A stretch of DNA of 64,000 nucleotides from Octopus sinensis (lineage: Eukaryota): NCBI RefSeq assembly GCF_006345805.1, contig NC_043016.1, positions 6,324,001 to 6,388,000 on the forward strand, in the 5' to 3' direction. Numbering within the stretch: the first letter of the stretch is position 1; every line of letters starts with the position of its first letter. Under the pieces are notes generated by a model. It saw nothing but the letters and a program-made list of their open reading frames with translations. It had not been told where the DNA came from and did not search any database. This document shows positions 36,597-50,027 of this stretch, in pieces. The translations under genes were made by a program, and so were the position numbers.

Positions 36597-37119
36597 TTAA
36601 CATTTACTGTTCCATCCTCGTACAGTTTAAATGGAACTCATCGAGGCAGCTTTTCTACGACCGGATGCTCTTCCTGTTGCCAACTCTCAACTGTTTCTAA
36701 GCAAGGTAATATTTCCTCCTCACTAGATATATGTTCTTCACAGAAGACTGGAAATAAAGAACTTCATTTGTATGATGATGCAAGTTTACAACCATCATAT
36801 CACGTCAAGGCACACACACACACACTTTTAACAATAAACTCAGATCAGAAACAGTAAAAGAAAAATTACTATTATTTTTCTTTGGATCCTTTCATTGTCG
36901 CTAATTTAATCCTATTGTCAACCATTCCATTGAATTCCATTCAACAACCCCATTCACTCTACATGTACTCTTTCTCATTCTAAGTACCCTGCTTCTCTCT
37001 TGAAACTTTGGCAGGCAAGAAGCAGGATAACACTTAAGTTTGGAATTGAACAGTTTGACTTTGTAAAATGTGCTGGTACTAGGAATGGTATTTTTGTACT
37101 GAGAAACTCCTACTTTGTA

Positions 37120-37344
37120 AAGTGGTTGGCATTAGGAAGGGTATCCAGTTGTAAAATTATGCCAAAGCAGACAGTGGATTTTGGCGCAGTTTCCAGGGTG
37201 ACCAGCTCTTGTCAAACTGTTGAACCCATGCCAACATGGAAGACAGACGTTAAATGATGATGGTGATGATGATGATGATGGCGATGATGATGATGGTGAT
37301 GGTGGTGATGTTGGTGATGGTGATGATGGTGGTGGTGATGATGG

Positions 37345-37402
<58 letters not shown>

Positions 37403-37493
37403 GGGGTGGTGGTGGTGGTGATGGTGGTGGTGGTGGTGGTGGTGGTGATGATGATGGTGATGGTGGTGGTGGCGATGATGATGATGATGATGA
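37120..37493 (+). mobile_element. RTE terminal domain with expanded (GAT/GGT)n tail
   Basis: TGGCATTAGGAAGGGTATCCAG..GACGTTAAATGATG, then about 240 bp of GAT/GGT. Confidence 0.85.
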
Positions 37494-37981
37494 CAATCCA
37501 TAAGACCAGACTGAATGTTCACTCTATGATGTATTCCAATCCAAAATCTATTATTCATAATCTAAAATATTGCTAACAAGACATTTAAATTACAAACCTT
37601 CTGCAAACTCTTTTATGTGTCCCACTCATTCTCGTCCACCCAAACTGATCAAAAAAGAACTTCATTGATCAAAGACTTTATGATTCTTTTCTTTTTCTGT
37701 TCTTTTATTTTTCACTTGCCGTGTCTGGCAAATGGGGCACAACTTCCAAGATCAGTGAGATTCTATGGGACTAATAAGATTGGTGCCATTAATGTTCCTC
37801 TTGAACTTTTGTGAATCAACACTTGGAAGAAAAACACAAACAAGGTGAGAATGCCAAACAGTTGACTTACTAGGATTGGGTTCTGATTGGGGCTAGAATA
37901 GAAGACACTTACCAAAGGTGTCACACAATGAGTCTGAAGCCCAAATTTTGTGGATGTGAAGTGACAAGAAATATTCTAATA

Positions 37982-38581
37982 GACAATTCTCTCTACTTAA
38001 CCTTGAATCTACCTGCCAACTCCTTTCTGTTAACCAGTGAACCAGTTATCATATTTTAACTTCTGATTTTTTCTATGTCTCATACTTAAAATTCCTACAA
38101 TAACTTATGACATACACACACACACATGTTAGATATAACTATGTAACGCACGACAGACTTTTCCCCCATGCAGTCTGTCTCTTTGTTCTGTCAATTCCAC
38201 TGCTAACTTCCCCTGTTCCTCTGAAGTAACTAGTTGTGTGTCACATTGCTGACTAACAAACACTCACTCACCAACATCCTATATTCCTCTAAACTAATTA
38301 GCAAAGTGCTCATTAATAAAGAGACCCACAAATGCACTACAAACTGTTCTATACATACACTGTCCCCTATTCTGAAAATACATTATCCTCTGCTCTTCAG
38401 GTCCTACATGACGTCTTCCTCTCTGACTTTCATCCTAGACTAGAATGGACTGTCATAAGTCATTGGAGAAATTTTAAGTATGAGACATTGAAGAAATCAG
38501 AGGTTAAAATATGATAATTGGTTCACTGGTTAACAGAAAGGAGTTGGCAGGTAGATTCAAGGTTAAGTAGAGGGAATTGTC
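37982..38581. mobile_element. Fold-back/MITE-like element with ~110-bp terminal inverted repeats
   Basis: 37982-38093 is the reverse complement of 38470-38581 with few mismatches. Confidence 0.8.
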
Positions 38582-41229
38582 AACCAGTCTTCTCCCAATT
38601 CAACTGGAACTTCTTTCCAACCTGCATTCTCCTGCATTTTTTTTTAACTTACTGATAAGAGAAACTGAATCAATTTCATATTTTTGCCAATCTTGTGGAA
38701 ATCTAACTTCTGACGATATTAATTTTTATCAGAGAATTTGGCCATTCATTAAATCTTTACTTCAGAAAATAAAATAAATTTGTTTTAGAAAATATTTCTG
38801 TGGGAAAGAACGACATTCTATAGAATTTATTATATTAAATTTTAGGTAAACGACTTGAGACGAAAAAAGCTTACATGGGTAAGGTCATAGAAAAAATCAA
38901 AGCAACTACAAGGAAAACAAATTGGAAATAGTATAAAAGAAATAAGCCACAGAAAATCACTTAAAAGTCGCAGGAAAGTCTAAAATATCTTATGAAAAGT
39001 CATTGAAAAAAGTTACAGAAAAGATAAAATCCGAAAAAAAATTAACTGGAAAAACTTATCCCTTGATATTGTTACATTACATACACACACGCACATGCGT
39101 CCACACACACTCATACGCACACATACATACTGTGATCTCTCCCCCCACCTCACCCTAATTGCAAATGTAATTGAGTTGTCATTTCGTCCAAAGTCAAATA
39201 TGTTTTAAAATATCATTTATTTACTTTATTACTTACGGTATTTAAATGAAGTGTAGCACTTTTAACCCTGTTATTTCGACTCCCATTAAAGGCAATCGTA
39301 CTTTGGTGGAATTAAAATTTAGGACATTTGATAATGGTTTCAAATTTTGGTGAAAAGCTAGCAATACCAAAGGAGTCACATCGACCTCACTGCTCAACTG
39401 GTTCTGAAAGAATGAAAGGCAAAGTGCGATCTAGACGTAATTTGAACCCAGATCAATAAAATTCAACATTCTTAGGCATTTATTTAAACTCTGCTCTTCC
39501 TGCCAATTGCCGGTCTTTACTGAGTAACTGAAGAAATTTTTTTAAAAAATAAGGCCTCATTGTCCTATTTTGAACAATTGGACAATTTTACCTGCTTTTA
39601 TCTTCATTATATATGTCAGAATGTGATATCTTGTTGTCTATCAAACTTTGAAATTTTAATTTGCTTTGGAATTGTGCTGTTAGAATCACCAAATTAAGGA
39701 AGAATTTTTTTAAATACTTTTTTTTTAATGTTACAGTTTAGTTATAATGTGTTAATAATTTTATACAACAAAATAACTAAATTTCCGAATAAAAAGGAAT
39801 TGTTTTATATTACCTGAAATAAAATTCTCAAAAAAAAAAAATCCGCGCAGATACCTATAAATACCTCCCTTGAAGTAATTATTGATAAAGAAATTAATTT
39901 AAAGTCTGAGAGAAAGAACAAAGGTTTGTTGTGGCTCTGAGGTACAACAAAAACTTAGCAAATTAATAAATGGGTTAGAGTGACCCATATCTTTGGACAA
40001 ATTTGTAACGCTTTTCACGGCGGAAAAAAAATTATTATAAATAGATTTGCGCATTTTCTCTTCTAAATAAAAATTATTGTAAATTTAATCAAACAAAGAT
40101 ACAGAAGATATTAATTAAAACGAATCAAGTGTCGAGTGAAAATTCTTTTTCTGAAATGATCGTACACAGCTACGAAATTTTACAGAATATTATCGTAAAT
40201 TTTACTTTAAACAATTTTAAGCATATATATTACCCTTCCTACAAGATATTAATTTTTTTAATTAAAATTACTAAATGAGAGTTACTGAAAAGGAACAACT
40301 GGTATCTTATATCGTGATTTGTCTTTTAATGAATGATTGAACATGAATGATTGTATTTATCTGGTGATTTTGCATATGTGTAACATCATCGTCGTTGACA
40401 ATACACCACCACCATCACCACCACTACTCTTGTGATCTTCATAATCACCATTGTCATCATCCCTATCGTCGTCGTCATCGTCGTTGTCTTTGTCATCATT
40501 ATCATCGTTTTAACGGCCATTTTTCCATGCTTGCATGAGCCAGACGGAATTCGTCGAGGCAGATTTTATAGGATTGGAGGATTGGATGACCTCCCTCACC
40601 TGTTTTTGTGCAAACTAATTCCCCGTGGCCGAATATATTTTTGCAAAAGATTGGAAACGAAAGACACCATTTGTTTGATAGTGACATTCATTTACAGCTG
40701 TCACACAATGTCAAGACAAGGAGACAGAAATATACAAATATACATAAACATACACATACACACATACACAAACATATACACATGTACCTTTTTGTATGAA
40801 CACCTACAAATTTTTTTATGTAGCACCAGCACTAATGAAGTCACCAAGTGATTTGAAAGATAGGACCATTCATTGCAGGGAAAGTAATATTGAGGGAGGC
40901 TTAGTGCCAGGTGATGGAGAGGCTAGGTTATGGATTGAGGGCTAGAAATGGCTGTCTCACAGTAGAGGAGATATATGGCTACCCAGTTGGAAAAGAAGAG
41001 AGAAGATGGTGAGGAAGATGTGTAAAGGCATACTCTCAAATTACCAGGAGGGGTATAAATGTGAAGCACAGTAGAGAGGAATTGATAGGGTGAATGAACA
41101 GGAAAGTTTGTGAGAATGTGAAAGGAGAGTGGGAAGTAGAGTTGAGCAGAATGCAGTGAGTGGGAAACATGGGTAGAGGAAGGAATTGTATTAGGAAAAT
41201 GAGTTGTAGGGAAGAGGGACACAGGCATG

Positions 41230-42245
41230 AATGTCTTACTTAGTTGGATGGGTCTTTTCAAGCACAGCAAACTGCTTATCGTCTTGATCCCTCATGGTCT
41301 CCTCTGTGGGGTTGAACATCTAAAAGTCATTTCTCACCCCTTTGTCCCATGTCTCCCTGGCTCTCTCTCTCTCTCTCTTCCACAAGTTCCATTCACATTT
41401 AGGGATAGGTACTTCATTATGCACCTGTTTTCATCCATATGCATCACATGATTATACCTATGCAGCCTTCTCGCTTGCACAGCACAAGGGATGCCTCTTT
41501 TACCCAATTTGTTTCTAAACACATTATCTACCCCTTGTAATACACATGCACAATGACATTGTATATCCGGTGAAGCATGCTGGCTTAATTTCTTTCCAGC
41601 CTTTGTCTGTCCTCTGCAGTCACTTAGTCACCATATAACTTAGCTGCTCACACACAAGCATTGTACAATCTGCCTTTTACTCTAAGGGAGAGGTCCTTTG
41701 TTAACCATAAAGTTATTAGCTCTCTGAACTTTCCTCAACCTGAATCTAATTGCTACACTTTCAGAATATACTCCACCATTGCAAATTAGGTCACTGAAGT
41801 AACAGAAACTATCAACTACCTTTAAGGATCCTCCTGAGCATTTGAAAGAATCTATTTCCTGTGTGTTGTTAGCATTTATTGTGCATGCACATCTGCCAAA
41901 CACAAAGACTACTTTTCTGTTAAGTGTTCATAGCTTGCACTTGCTACACAATATGGAATTTCTACCTACACCTTTCCTATATATCGAGCAGGGCCATTTC
42001 TCTGAATGGATTAGTAGTTTGCTTATTGCTTACTAGTAATTAGTCTTTTCTAAATTAACTGTAAGACCCTTTCATTCCAGGCCTTGCTTCGACACCTAAA
42101 ATTTCTTCTGTAATTCTACAATAGATTCAACTATAAGAACAAGTACATCATCATAGGGAAGCACCTAGGGGAAGACAGTTATGAATTCATCAGTTATGGT
42201 CTGAATGACTATGAGTGCTGCTTTTCCCTAGCACAAAACCAAACT
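41230..42245 (-). mobile_element. Old PHD-RTE relic with deletions
   Basis: KWPCSIYRKGVGRNS, FGRCA, LKVVDSFCY, NHVMHMDE remnants. Confidence 0.85.
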
Positions 42246-43039
42246 GCCTCTCTGCAAAGTGCTTCTAAACAGCCCAAAAGAGGCTTTGTAACAGCTGATC
42301 CTGCACTGAACAAATGTTCCCATTCAGATATATTATTGTTGAGTGTGCTGAGCATCAAAGACCACTGAAGCTAAATTTTATAGACTTTAATTCTCCTCTC
42401 TATTATATATACATACAAATGAACATAGTAAATAACAGCTAACCTTTGCCTGCATTTTGGACCCTGTTGTGTCCACTACTCTGATTGGCTGGTATTGGCA
42501 CAATTTGTCTCTTGCTCTATCACACACCAATATGCAACCCAACCAATCACAGCCTTCAAATAAGGTCACATATGACAGTTTGTTTTCTACCCAGCTTTGA
42601 GCCTACAACTTCTTATAAAACTCCAGCTTCTCCTCATCTTGATGTCTTTCAGTTCCAGACCTTTTAAGGTCTAGCCACTGACCACACAAGACACAGCCAG
42701 TTCCAACGACAACATGACAGTAGCCACATGAAGATTCACTAACTTTGGTGACCTCCATCTCCATCGCCACCATTTGTCCTAACATCAAAATCTCTCTACG
42801 TACTTGCCCAGGTTACAACACTGCACTGTTCGTGAATTACTTCATCATGGATCAACAATGAATATACAACCTGTGCGAACTCCTGTACAAAGTGACCTAG
42901 GCTGCAGCATCACAGCCACAACTTCACGTATGACATGTACCGCAACCATCTCTACATCATTGCCGCAACTTCTTGATAAAGTATTTCAACTATCATGTAC
43001 AATTGACAATGAACTGGTACTTATAAGGTGCTAAATAAC

Positions 43040-44900
43040 ATCCCTCCTTCCCAAACCTCACCCCTCATTACCTTCCCAGTTTTCAGAGTTGGCACTGTCA
43101 ATGTTTGCACACTGAAAGGTAGGTCAAGTGAGATTGTAGAGGTGCTTGAAAGGAGATGGGTTGATGTATGCTGCATACAAGAGGTAAGATGGAGAGGAGC
43201 TTCAGCTAGGGTCCTCACAGGCAAGGCATATAGGTATAAGGTCTTCTGGCAAGGTAACATGGATGATGTAGGGGGTGTTGGCATACTCCATGTGGAGAAA
43301 TGGGTGGATAAGGTCATAGAGGTTGTCAGGGTATGTGATAGAGTGCTTAAGCTCAGGCTAGTCCTACAGAACGGCACAGCTACAATTATCTCTGTATATG
43401 CCCCACATGCGGGACTACCACATGATCAGAAGGACCACTTTTATGATACCCTTCTAGAGGCTACCTCAAAGACGAGTGGAAATGACCTCATCTTTGTGGC
43501 TGGAGACTTTAATGGGCATGTTGGGCAGGAATCTGGTATTTTCATTGGGGTACACAGTGGCCATACTATTGGCACTCGAAATGATGAAGGGACTAGGCTA
43601 CTGGAATTCTGTGATGCATGTAACCTATTAATCTGCAACACTAACTTCAGGAAGCCAGACAGCCACCTTATAACCTATCAATCAGGGGATTCTGCTAGCC
43701 AGATTGATTTCATCCTCACCAGACAGCGGGATGCAGGGTTGCTCTTAAATATAAAGACCCTCCCAGGTGAAGAATGTACTCCCCAGCATATGCTAGTCAT
43801 TAGTGACTTTAGGCTCGAGACCAGAAGGATACCAAGAAAATGACCAATCCAAAAAAGAAGGATTTGGAAGCTAAAGAAACCTTCACATGGTCAGAGATTT
43901 AGGGACATCGTCATCAAGAAATTTGATGAGAGGGAGGAGGAGCTACAGACATCGGACATAGAAGGTAGCTGGAAATTCCTACGGGACAGCTTGCTGAGTG
44001 CCACAGACCAAGTCTGTGGATGGTGCAAAGTCCCTTCCAGATCCAGAGTTATGTGGTGGTGGAATAGTACGATAGACAAAGCCATTAGAACAAAGAAACA
44101 GGCCTAGAAAGCCTGGAGGGATGGGGGTAACAGGGAACTGTACCAGATACCCAAAAGGGAGGCTGGGCGGCAGGTATACATAGCCAAGGGCGAAACGAAA
44201 AAGAAGTTTGCCAATGTCCAGAGATGTGAGGACCAAAGAACTGAAGTATTTCGGATTGCTAGACAGTGTGTGAGAGAAAATTGTGATGTCAGAGGAGAGA
44301 AATGCGTCCGCATGGATGATGGTGCACTTGCTTTCAGTGTTTCTGAAAAGAAAGAAGCTTGGAGAAGCCATTATGAAAGACTGCTGAATGTGGAGAATGA
44401 ATGGGAGGAGGAGAGCCTGCCAAATGTTGACCCAGTAGAGGGACCAGCTATCCCAATAGACAGCTCCCTAGTAGATAAAGCAATTAAGGGTATGAAGCCA
44501 GGAAAAGCTCTCGGCCCATCAGGAATCACTGCTGAGATGCTTAAAGCATCTGGTGGTGTAGGCTATGGCCTAGTCACCCACATTGTAAACCAGGTAGTAC
44601 ATAACGGAGTCATACCCAATGACTGGCATAGCAGCACCATAGTCAACTGTTACAAGGGTAAAGGTGATACTCTAGATAGAAATAACTACAGGGGTATTAA
44701 ACTGCTGGATCAGGTGATGAAGGTCACAGAGAGGGTCATAGCCCATCTCATTAAGGAGAGAGTCTACTTAGACGAGATGCAATTCGGTTTTGTTCTGGGT
44801 AGAAGTACCACTGATGCCATATTCCTGGTTTGACAACTGCAGGAGAATTACCTAGCTAAAGATAAACTCCTCTACTTAGCGTTTGTGGACTTTGAGAAAG
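43040..44900 (+). mobile_element. 5' half of a PHD-RTE-related LINE ORF: APE endonuclease, linker, RT start
   Basis: VGTVNV, CIQEVRW, SVYAP, AGDFNGHVG, IDFIL, QHMLV, KALGPSGI, NYRGIKLL, EMQFGF, FVDFEKA; collinear with 60137-61160. Confidence 0.95.
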
Positions 44901-45612
44901 CTTGGATGCTAATGACACCAAAACACTCAATCAGATAGTTGGAGAACTGAACAGAAACCATTGTGGGATCAGTGTTCTAGTTAAGAGTAAGGACAGTTGT
45001 GTCTTACTAACAAGAGAAGAACAGAGTCAAAGTTGGATTGAACCCTTTCAGGTTTTAAACCAACCACCACCTGATGAGCTGTTTGACCTAGATAAGGAAC
45101 TAGACATTGCTCAGCTGAATGTGTAAATGCATGATATTGGAGAACATGAAATGCTCAAGGCCATTAAGAGTTTGAAGAACAATAAAGCAGCAAGGTTGCT
45201 TGAGATCCTGGTTGAAATGCTCAAACAAGGGAAAGGAATAATCATTAAAAAGTTCACCTCCCTTTTTAACCAGATTTGGCAAATAGAGAATGTATCTGAT
45301 GATTTGTGACTTGGAATGATCATCACACTCCCTAAAAAAGGCTGTCTCAGTGACTGCAACAACTGGTATGGAATTAAACTGCTGTCAGTACTAGGGAAAG
45401 TATTCTGCACAGTGAACCATAAGTGATTAAAGACAGAAGCCAATAAACTTTTGCAGGAAGAACAAACTGGATTTAAAAGCAGGAGATTGTGTGCTGAACA
45501 GATATTTATACTGTGCAATATTATTGAACAATGCTGAGGGTTCATAAAAGTGTCTTGCAGTTAATTACATTGACTTCAAGAATGCTTTCAATAATATTCA
45601 CAGAGAATTGGT
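44900..45612 (+). mobile_element. Decayed fragment of another RTE family
   Basis: KAIKSLKNNKAA, LPKKGCLSDCNNWYGIKLLSV, EEQTGFK, EQIFIL. Confidence 0.8.
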
Positions 45613-45619
45613 ATGGTAA

Positions 45620-45840
45620 AGCATACCAGACTCCCCTCTCCATGCCACCGATGCTATCCAAGGGAAAGGCAAAGGGGCCAATAGAGCTTGGCACCAGTGA
45701 CATCGCAATGCATTTCTATAATTGAGTGAACTGGAGCAATGTAAAATAAAGTGTCTTGCTCAAGAACACAACTCACACCCCACTCTAGGAATTGAACTCA
45801 CTATCTCATGATTATGAGCTTGATGCTCTAACCACTGGCA
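45620..45840 (-). mobile_element. tRNA-derived V-domain-like SINE
   Basis: CAGTGGTTAGAGC, GAGTTCAATTCC, GTGTTCTTGAGCAAGACACTT. Confidence 0.75.
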
Positions 45841-46959
45841 TGTATCTTTTTATATATCTCATTATTTCAGCAAAGCTCCCTTAACTTTTAACTCCCTGTT
45901 TTGTTTTGAGACAACTACCTTTATTTAGATCCCAAGCTGTTAATTTCAGTATTTGCCAATGTATAAGACACAAAAGAATATATTTTGTGGAAAAAAAACC
46001 TAGTATGTTTCATCATTAACTTATTGAAATATATTTAAAAGTGATTTTATAAGGAGAAAAATATAAGGTTCTGTACATGTAGATACAATATTGAAACAGT
46101 TTACTGGAATACAGTATGAAACTAAAAATTCATTATAAATAGACTACATTATAGGAGCTTTGTATTTCAGCTTTCATCTCAACTGTATAGTTGTTGGAAT
46201 GGTTATTTATATCTTGTTGTGTCTGGGGACAGCCATAGTGCCTTAATATAAAACCAGTTCAATTACCACTCATTTATTTATTTATTCCAGAAATCTTTTT
46301 CATTGTTGTATTTGCAACAGTATCATGAGATTTTGACTCTGACTGCCTGTTATTTATATATTTATTCTTAATGTGTATAGGTAGATTCAGTGCTAGATAC
46401 TGTAATGTATGTTATAGGAGAATAACTTAACTATTTTATGATGACAATGTGTTCAACACATTTGCCTCATTGGTGGACACCAGTGTTTTGACATGTTGCA
46501 TCTTGCCATCTTGTAGCAGCCAGAAGTCTGAGATTAACCAAAGCCATTGACTTTGTTTACACTTTCAGCAAACAAACTGTTTGCTGATTGGTGCTTATAT
46601 CTGCCAACTAATAGGTAAAAAAATATGTTATTTGCACCAATTTTTTATTTAAGAATGAGGTGGCTAAATTAGCAATGGTGGAGAATGTTCTGAAAGTATT
46701 GTTTCTAGAATAAGAATACGATGGAGAAAATTTGGAGAGTTATTGTATCTTTTGGCAACAAAAAGATTCTTGCTCAGACTAAAAGGGTAACCATGTACCT
46801 CCTCTGACTGGGTAACCATATATCTCTTCTACAGTAGGACACTCACTTCTGTCTGTGTTACACTCTAACCTTTCATCACCTGGCACAAGGATCACCTCCT
46901 CCACTCTTAAAGAATCTTTTTCTTGCAACTTAATTACTCAGTGATCTTGCCGGTGCTGG

Positions 46960-47320
46960 TTTGTTTGTTTGTTGAGCGAAGTGGTCTTCATCCGTAGTGG
47001 GAGAAGTCCGATATATGGTCCTTTGCTATTCGTAAGACCCACAGAAGAGAAAGAAGGTCAACCCCCGACACCGAGAGCATCAATGCACATCCAGGCTGAG
47101 TGGTTGCGTAGGAAGTCGGGGACAAGAAACAGGAAGAAAGAGTGAGAGAAAATTGAAGCAAAAGAGTACAACAGGGGTCGCCACCACCCCCTGCCGGAGC
47201 CTCGTGGAGCTTTAGGCGTTTTCGCTCAATAAACACACACAACGCCCGGTCTGGGAATTGAAACTGCGATCCTCTGACTGGGAGTCCACTGCCCTAACCA
47301 CTGGGCCATTGTGCCTCCAC
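46960..47320 (-). mobile_element. GTGGAG-head tRNA SINE with alternative 3' part and (CAAA)n tail
   Basis: Head matches 26144; TSD TGCYRGTGCTGG (46948-46959, 47321-47332). Confidence 0.88.
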
Positions 47321-47550
47321 TGCTAGTGCTGGCGAAAAGATCTAGTCTACAGTGTTGTAAAAAAAATATAGTCTACACTGTAAAGTGATTTGCATTTAGA
47401 AGAGCATTTAGAAGAGCATCAAGCTTGAAACCATGCCAAAAGTGATTTTGCCTGTGCTGGTGCCACTTAAAGAGCACTCAGTCTAATCTGCAGGTGGTTG
47501 ATGTTAGGAAAGGCATCCAGCTGTAAAAGCCATGTCAAAATAGACACTGA

Positions 47551-47912
47551 CTAGCACTATGACCTGGTGTTACTGTGTCATAGTGCTAGTGCATGCATAT
47601 ACAGCTGTGTATGTGTGCACATACACGCGAGTACTGTCCAAATCTCTGACCAATCACATACAGCTAGCTGGCATTCAATTGGCGTATCAAGTTTCGGGCA
47701 TTTTGATTGGGTTTTGGATAGAAAATTCACAAAAAAGTCACTTCTTTTGATTTTTTAATGACTTTGCGGGGTGACTGGGGAAATGTAAAGAAGTGCATGG
47801 CCACCCTTGGACGGTTTTGAATGACCATAGAAAGTGCGAGCCCTCTAACTGAAAAATTGTGGATTTGTATAAAGGACACACACAGACATTTTGCCGTTTA
47901 TATATATAGAGA
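47551..47912 (-). mobile_element. Non-autonomous Helitron inserted in an RTE terminal domain (47340-48010)
   Basis: 5' A|TCTCTATATATATAAA, 3' hairpin CACTATGAC..GTCATAGTG then CTAG|T; flanks rejoin to GACACTGATGCCTGGTGCAG. Confidence 0.75.
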
Positions 47913-48859
47913 TGCCTGGTGCAGTCTTCTGCATAAACAGCTCCTGTCAAACTGTTCAATCCATGCTATCATGGAAAGTGGATGCTAAATGATGATGATG
48001 ATGGTGATGATGTGGCCTATCTGCATCAACTCAGTAGCAAAAAATACATCACAGCATATCAGGTGACTTACTCTGATTTCTAACCAATAGTATTTCATCT
48101 GCAATTGTATGATATATGGAATTTTCCATGAGTTTCCTGCCAAAGCATGGCTATAAATTGAGAAGTGCACCACACTCGGATGCAGAAGAAGTTTCAGAGG
48201 ATCACATCTGTTCGTCATGAGTGTCCAAGGCAAAAGAGGATGACCACGGTCTTCCTTCTTTTACTTCCTCTCTCAACCTTCCTATTCTGGCCAAGTCCCT
48301 TGATCATTGACGTCACAGCCCTTTCCTTCCGGCTCATCTCAACCCCACTGTTTTATGTGGTATGGATTGGATGGTTTGACTAGAACTGGTGAGTCAGAGG
48401 GGTGCATCAAACTCCAACATCTGCTTTGGCTTGGTTTCCACAGCTGGATGCCCTTCTTTACACCAACCATTTTGTATATATTACTGAGAGAGGTGTTTAT
48501 GCCTTAAGGACAGATACAAGTATCTTGCAGTAGAGAAGATGCATACATGGTTACTCCAGATAGAAAAGAGAGAAAATGATGGTAAAGATGCGTCAGGGCA
48601 TACTGTCAAGTGATAGGAAAGTAAATCTAAGAGAAGTGGTCCTGAGGATTGGACAGGTGAGTGCGAAAGGAGACTGGGAGATAGAGATAGAGACAGATGA
48701 AATGCAGTGAGTGATGAACACAGTTGGAAGGGGTGTGAAGACGATGAGGTTTTGGGAGGGGGAAGGAATATTTAGTGGTAATTTTATATTTGCCTGGTCC
48801 AGCTTATCTCTAATTCAACAGCCCTATGATGATAGGGAGCAAAGGTATTCTGGTATACT

Positions 48860-49235
48860 CTCTCTTTCTCTCTTTTACTTGTTTCAGTCGGAGCACTGCC
48901 TTTAGTCGAGCAAATCGACCCCTCGACCTATTCTTTGTATGCCTAGTACTTATTCTATTGGTTTATTATACCGAACCGCTAGGTTATGGGGACGTAAACA
49001 CACCACCATCGGTTGTCAAGCGATGTTGGGGAGGGGGAACAAACACATATACACACACACACATATATATATACGACGGGCTTCTTTCGGTTTCCGTCTA
49101 CCAATCCACTCACAAAGCTTTGGTCGGCCCGAAGCTATAGTAGAAGACACTTGCCCAAGGTGCCACGTGTGGGAATGAACCATGAACCATGTGGTTGGTA
49201 AGCAAGCTACTTACCACACAACCACTCCTGCCCCT
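48860..49235 (-). mobile_element. OR/Ceph-like tRNA SINE
   Basis: GGAGTGGTTGTGTGGTAAG head, GGTTCATTCCC, GGCAAGTGTCTTCTACTATAGC core, internal microsatellite, AAGTAAAAGAG tail. Confidence 0.88.
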
Positions 49236-49952
49236 ATTTGGAGCTTTTATATACATATTTTTTATTTTCAGGACTTCATAGTCAAATATAGCATACACCA
49301 ACATAATATATGTATTTAAAATTGATATAAAAAATTGGCGAAAGCTCTTTCTCTTTTGAAGAGTGACTTTTGGGGGAATTTGGCTGTTATTTCTAGCAGG
49401 AGCAAACCACCACATAGAAGCTTCCATTTTAGCTTATGAAAGTCTGGTTTTGTTGTTGTACTTGAATAGTTCAATATATCTATTGATTATTTACTTTGAA
49501 AGTGTCATAGATTAGTCTTTTCTCTTCGACTATCACGTGCGTGGGCATGCTGGAATATTTTTTAGTTTTAAACAGGGCGGCTAAGTATGTGTCACCCTAG
49601 ATATTTTCTAGTTTTTTATTAATACTATTTTATATTTGTTTCAACTTTGGATTCTGTAATAAAAATAATTTTGGAGCTTTCTTACTTCCTATTTTTTTTA
49701 ACATTTCTGCAAAACGAAATAAACACAAACCCCAAAATCTCACAAATAACTTCGATTTAAAACTCAATGGAAGTGCTGACACTAACAAAACTATTATTTA
49801 ATTTGAATTAATCTTCCATAATTAAAAATCATATAATTATATAATTATTAATCAAAAATAAATATTGTTTATTATATCATTATTTGGTGCGGACCTTATG
49901 TTTATGCGGACCTATTGTTCGTACCGTGAACATTTTGTTTTGGTTGGCAAGC

Positions 49953-50027
49953 ATGACTTCTGTCAACGTTCCATCCAAGAAGAAATCTAAGAAAAAAGCT
50001 AATTTAAACACTAATACGGCCACTGAG
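49953..50027 (+). CDS. Probable first coding exon of an unidentified host gene (MTSVNVPSKKKSKKKANLNTNTATE)
   Basis: AAGCATG start context, 25 open codons, consensus donor GAG|GTGAGT in phase 0, unique CpG-retaining DNA. Confidence 0.55.

Noticed and set aside
37212-37576. Poly-His/Asp/Pro ORFs
   Set aside because: Expanded GAT/GGT retroelement tail
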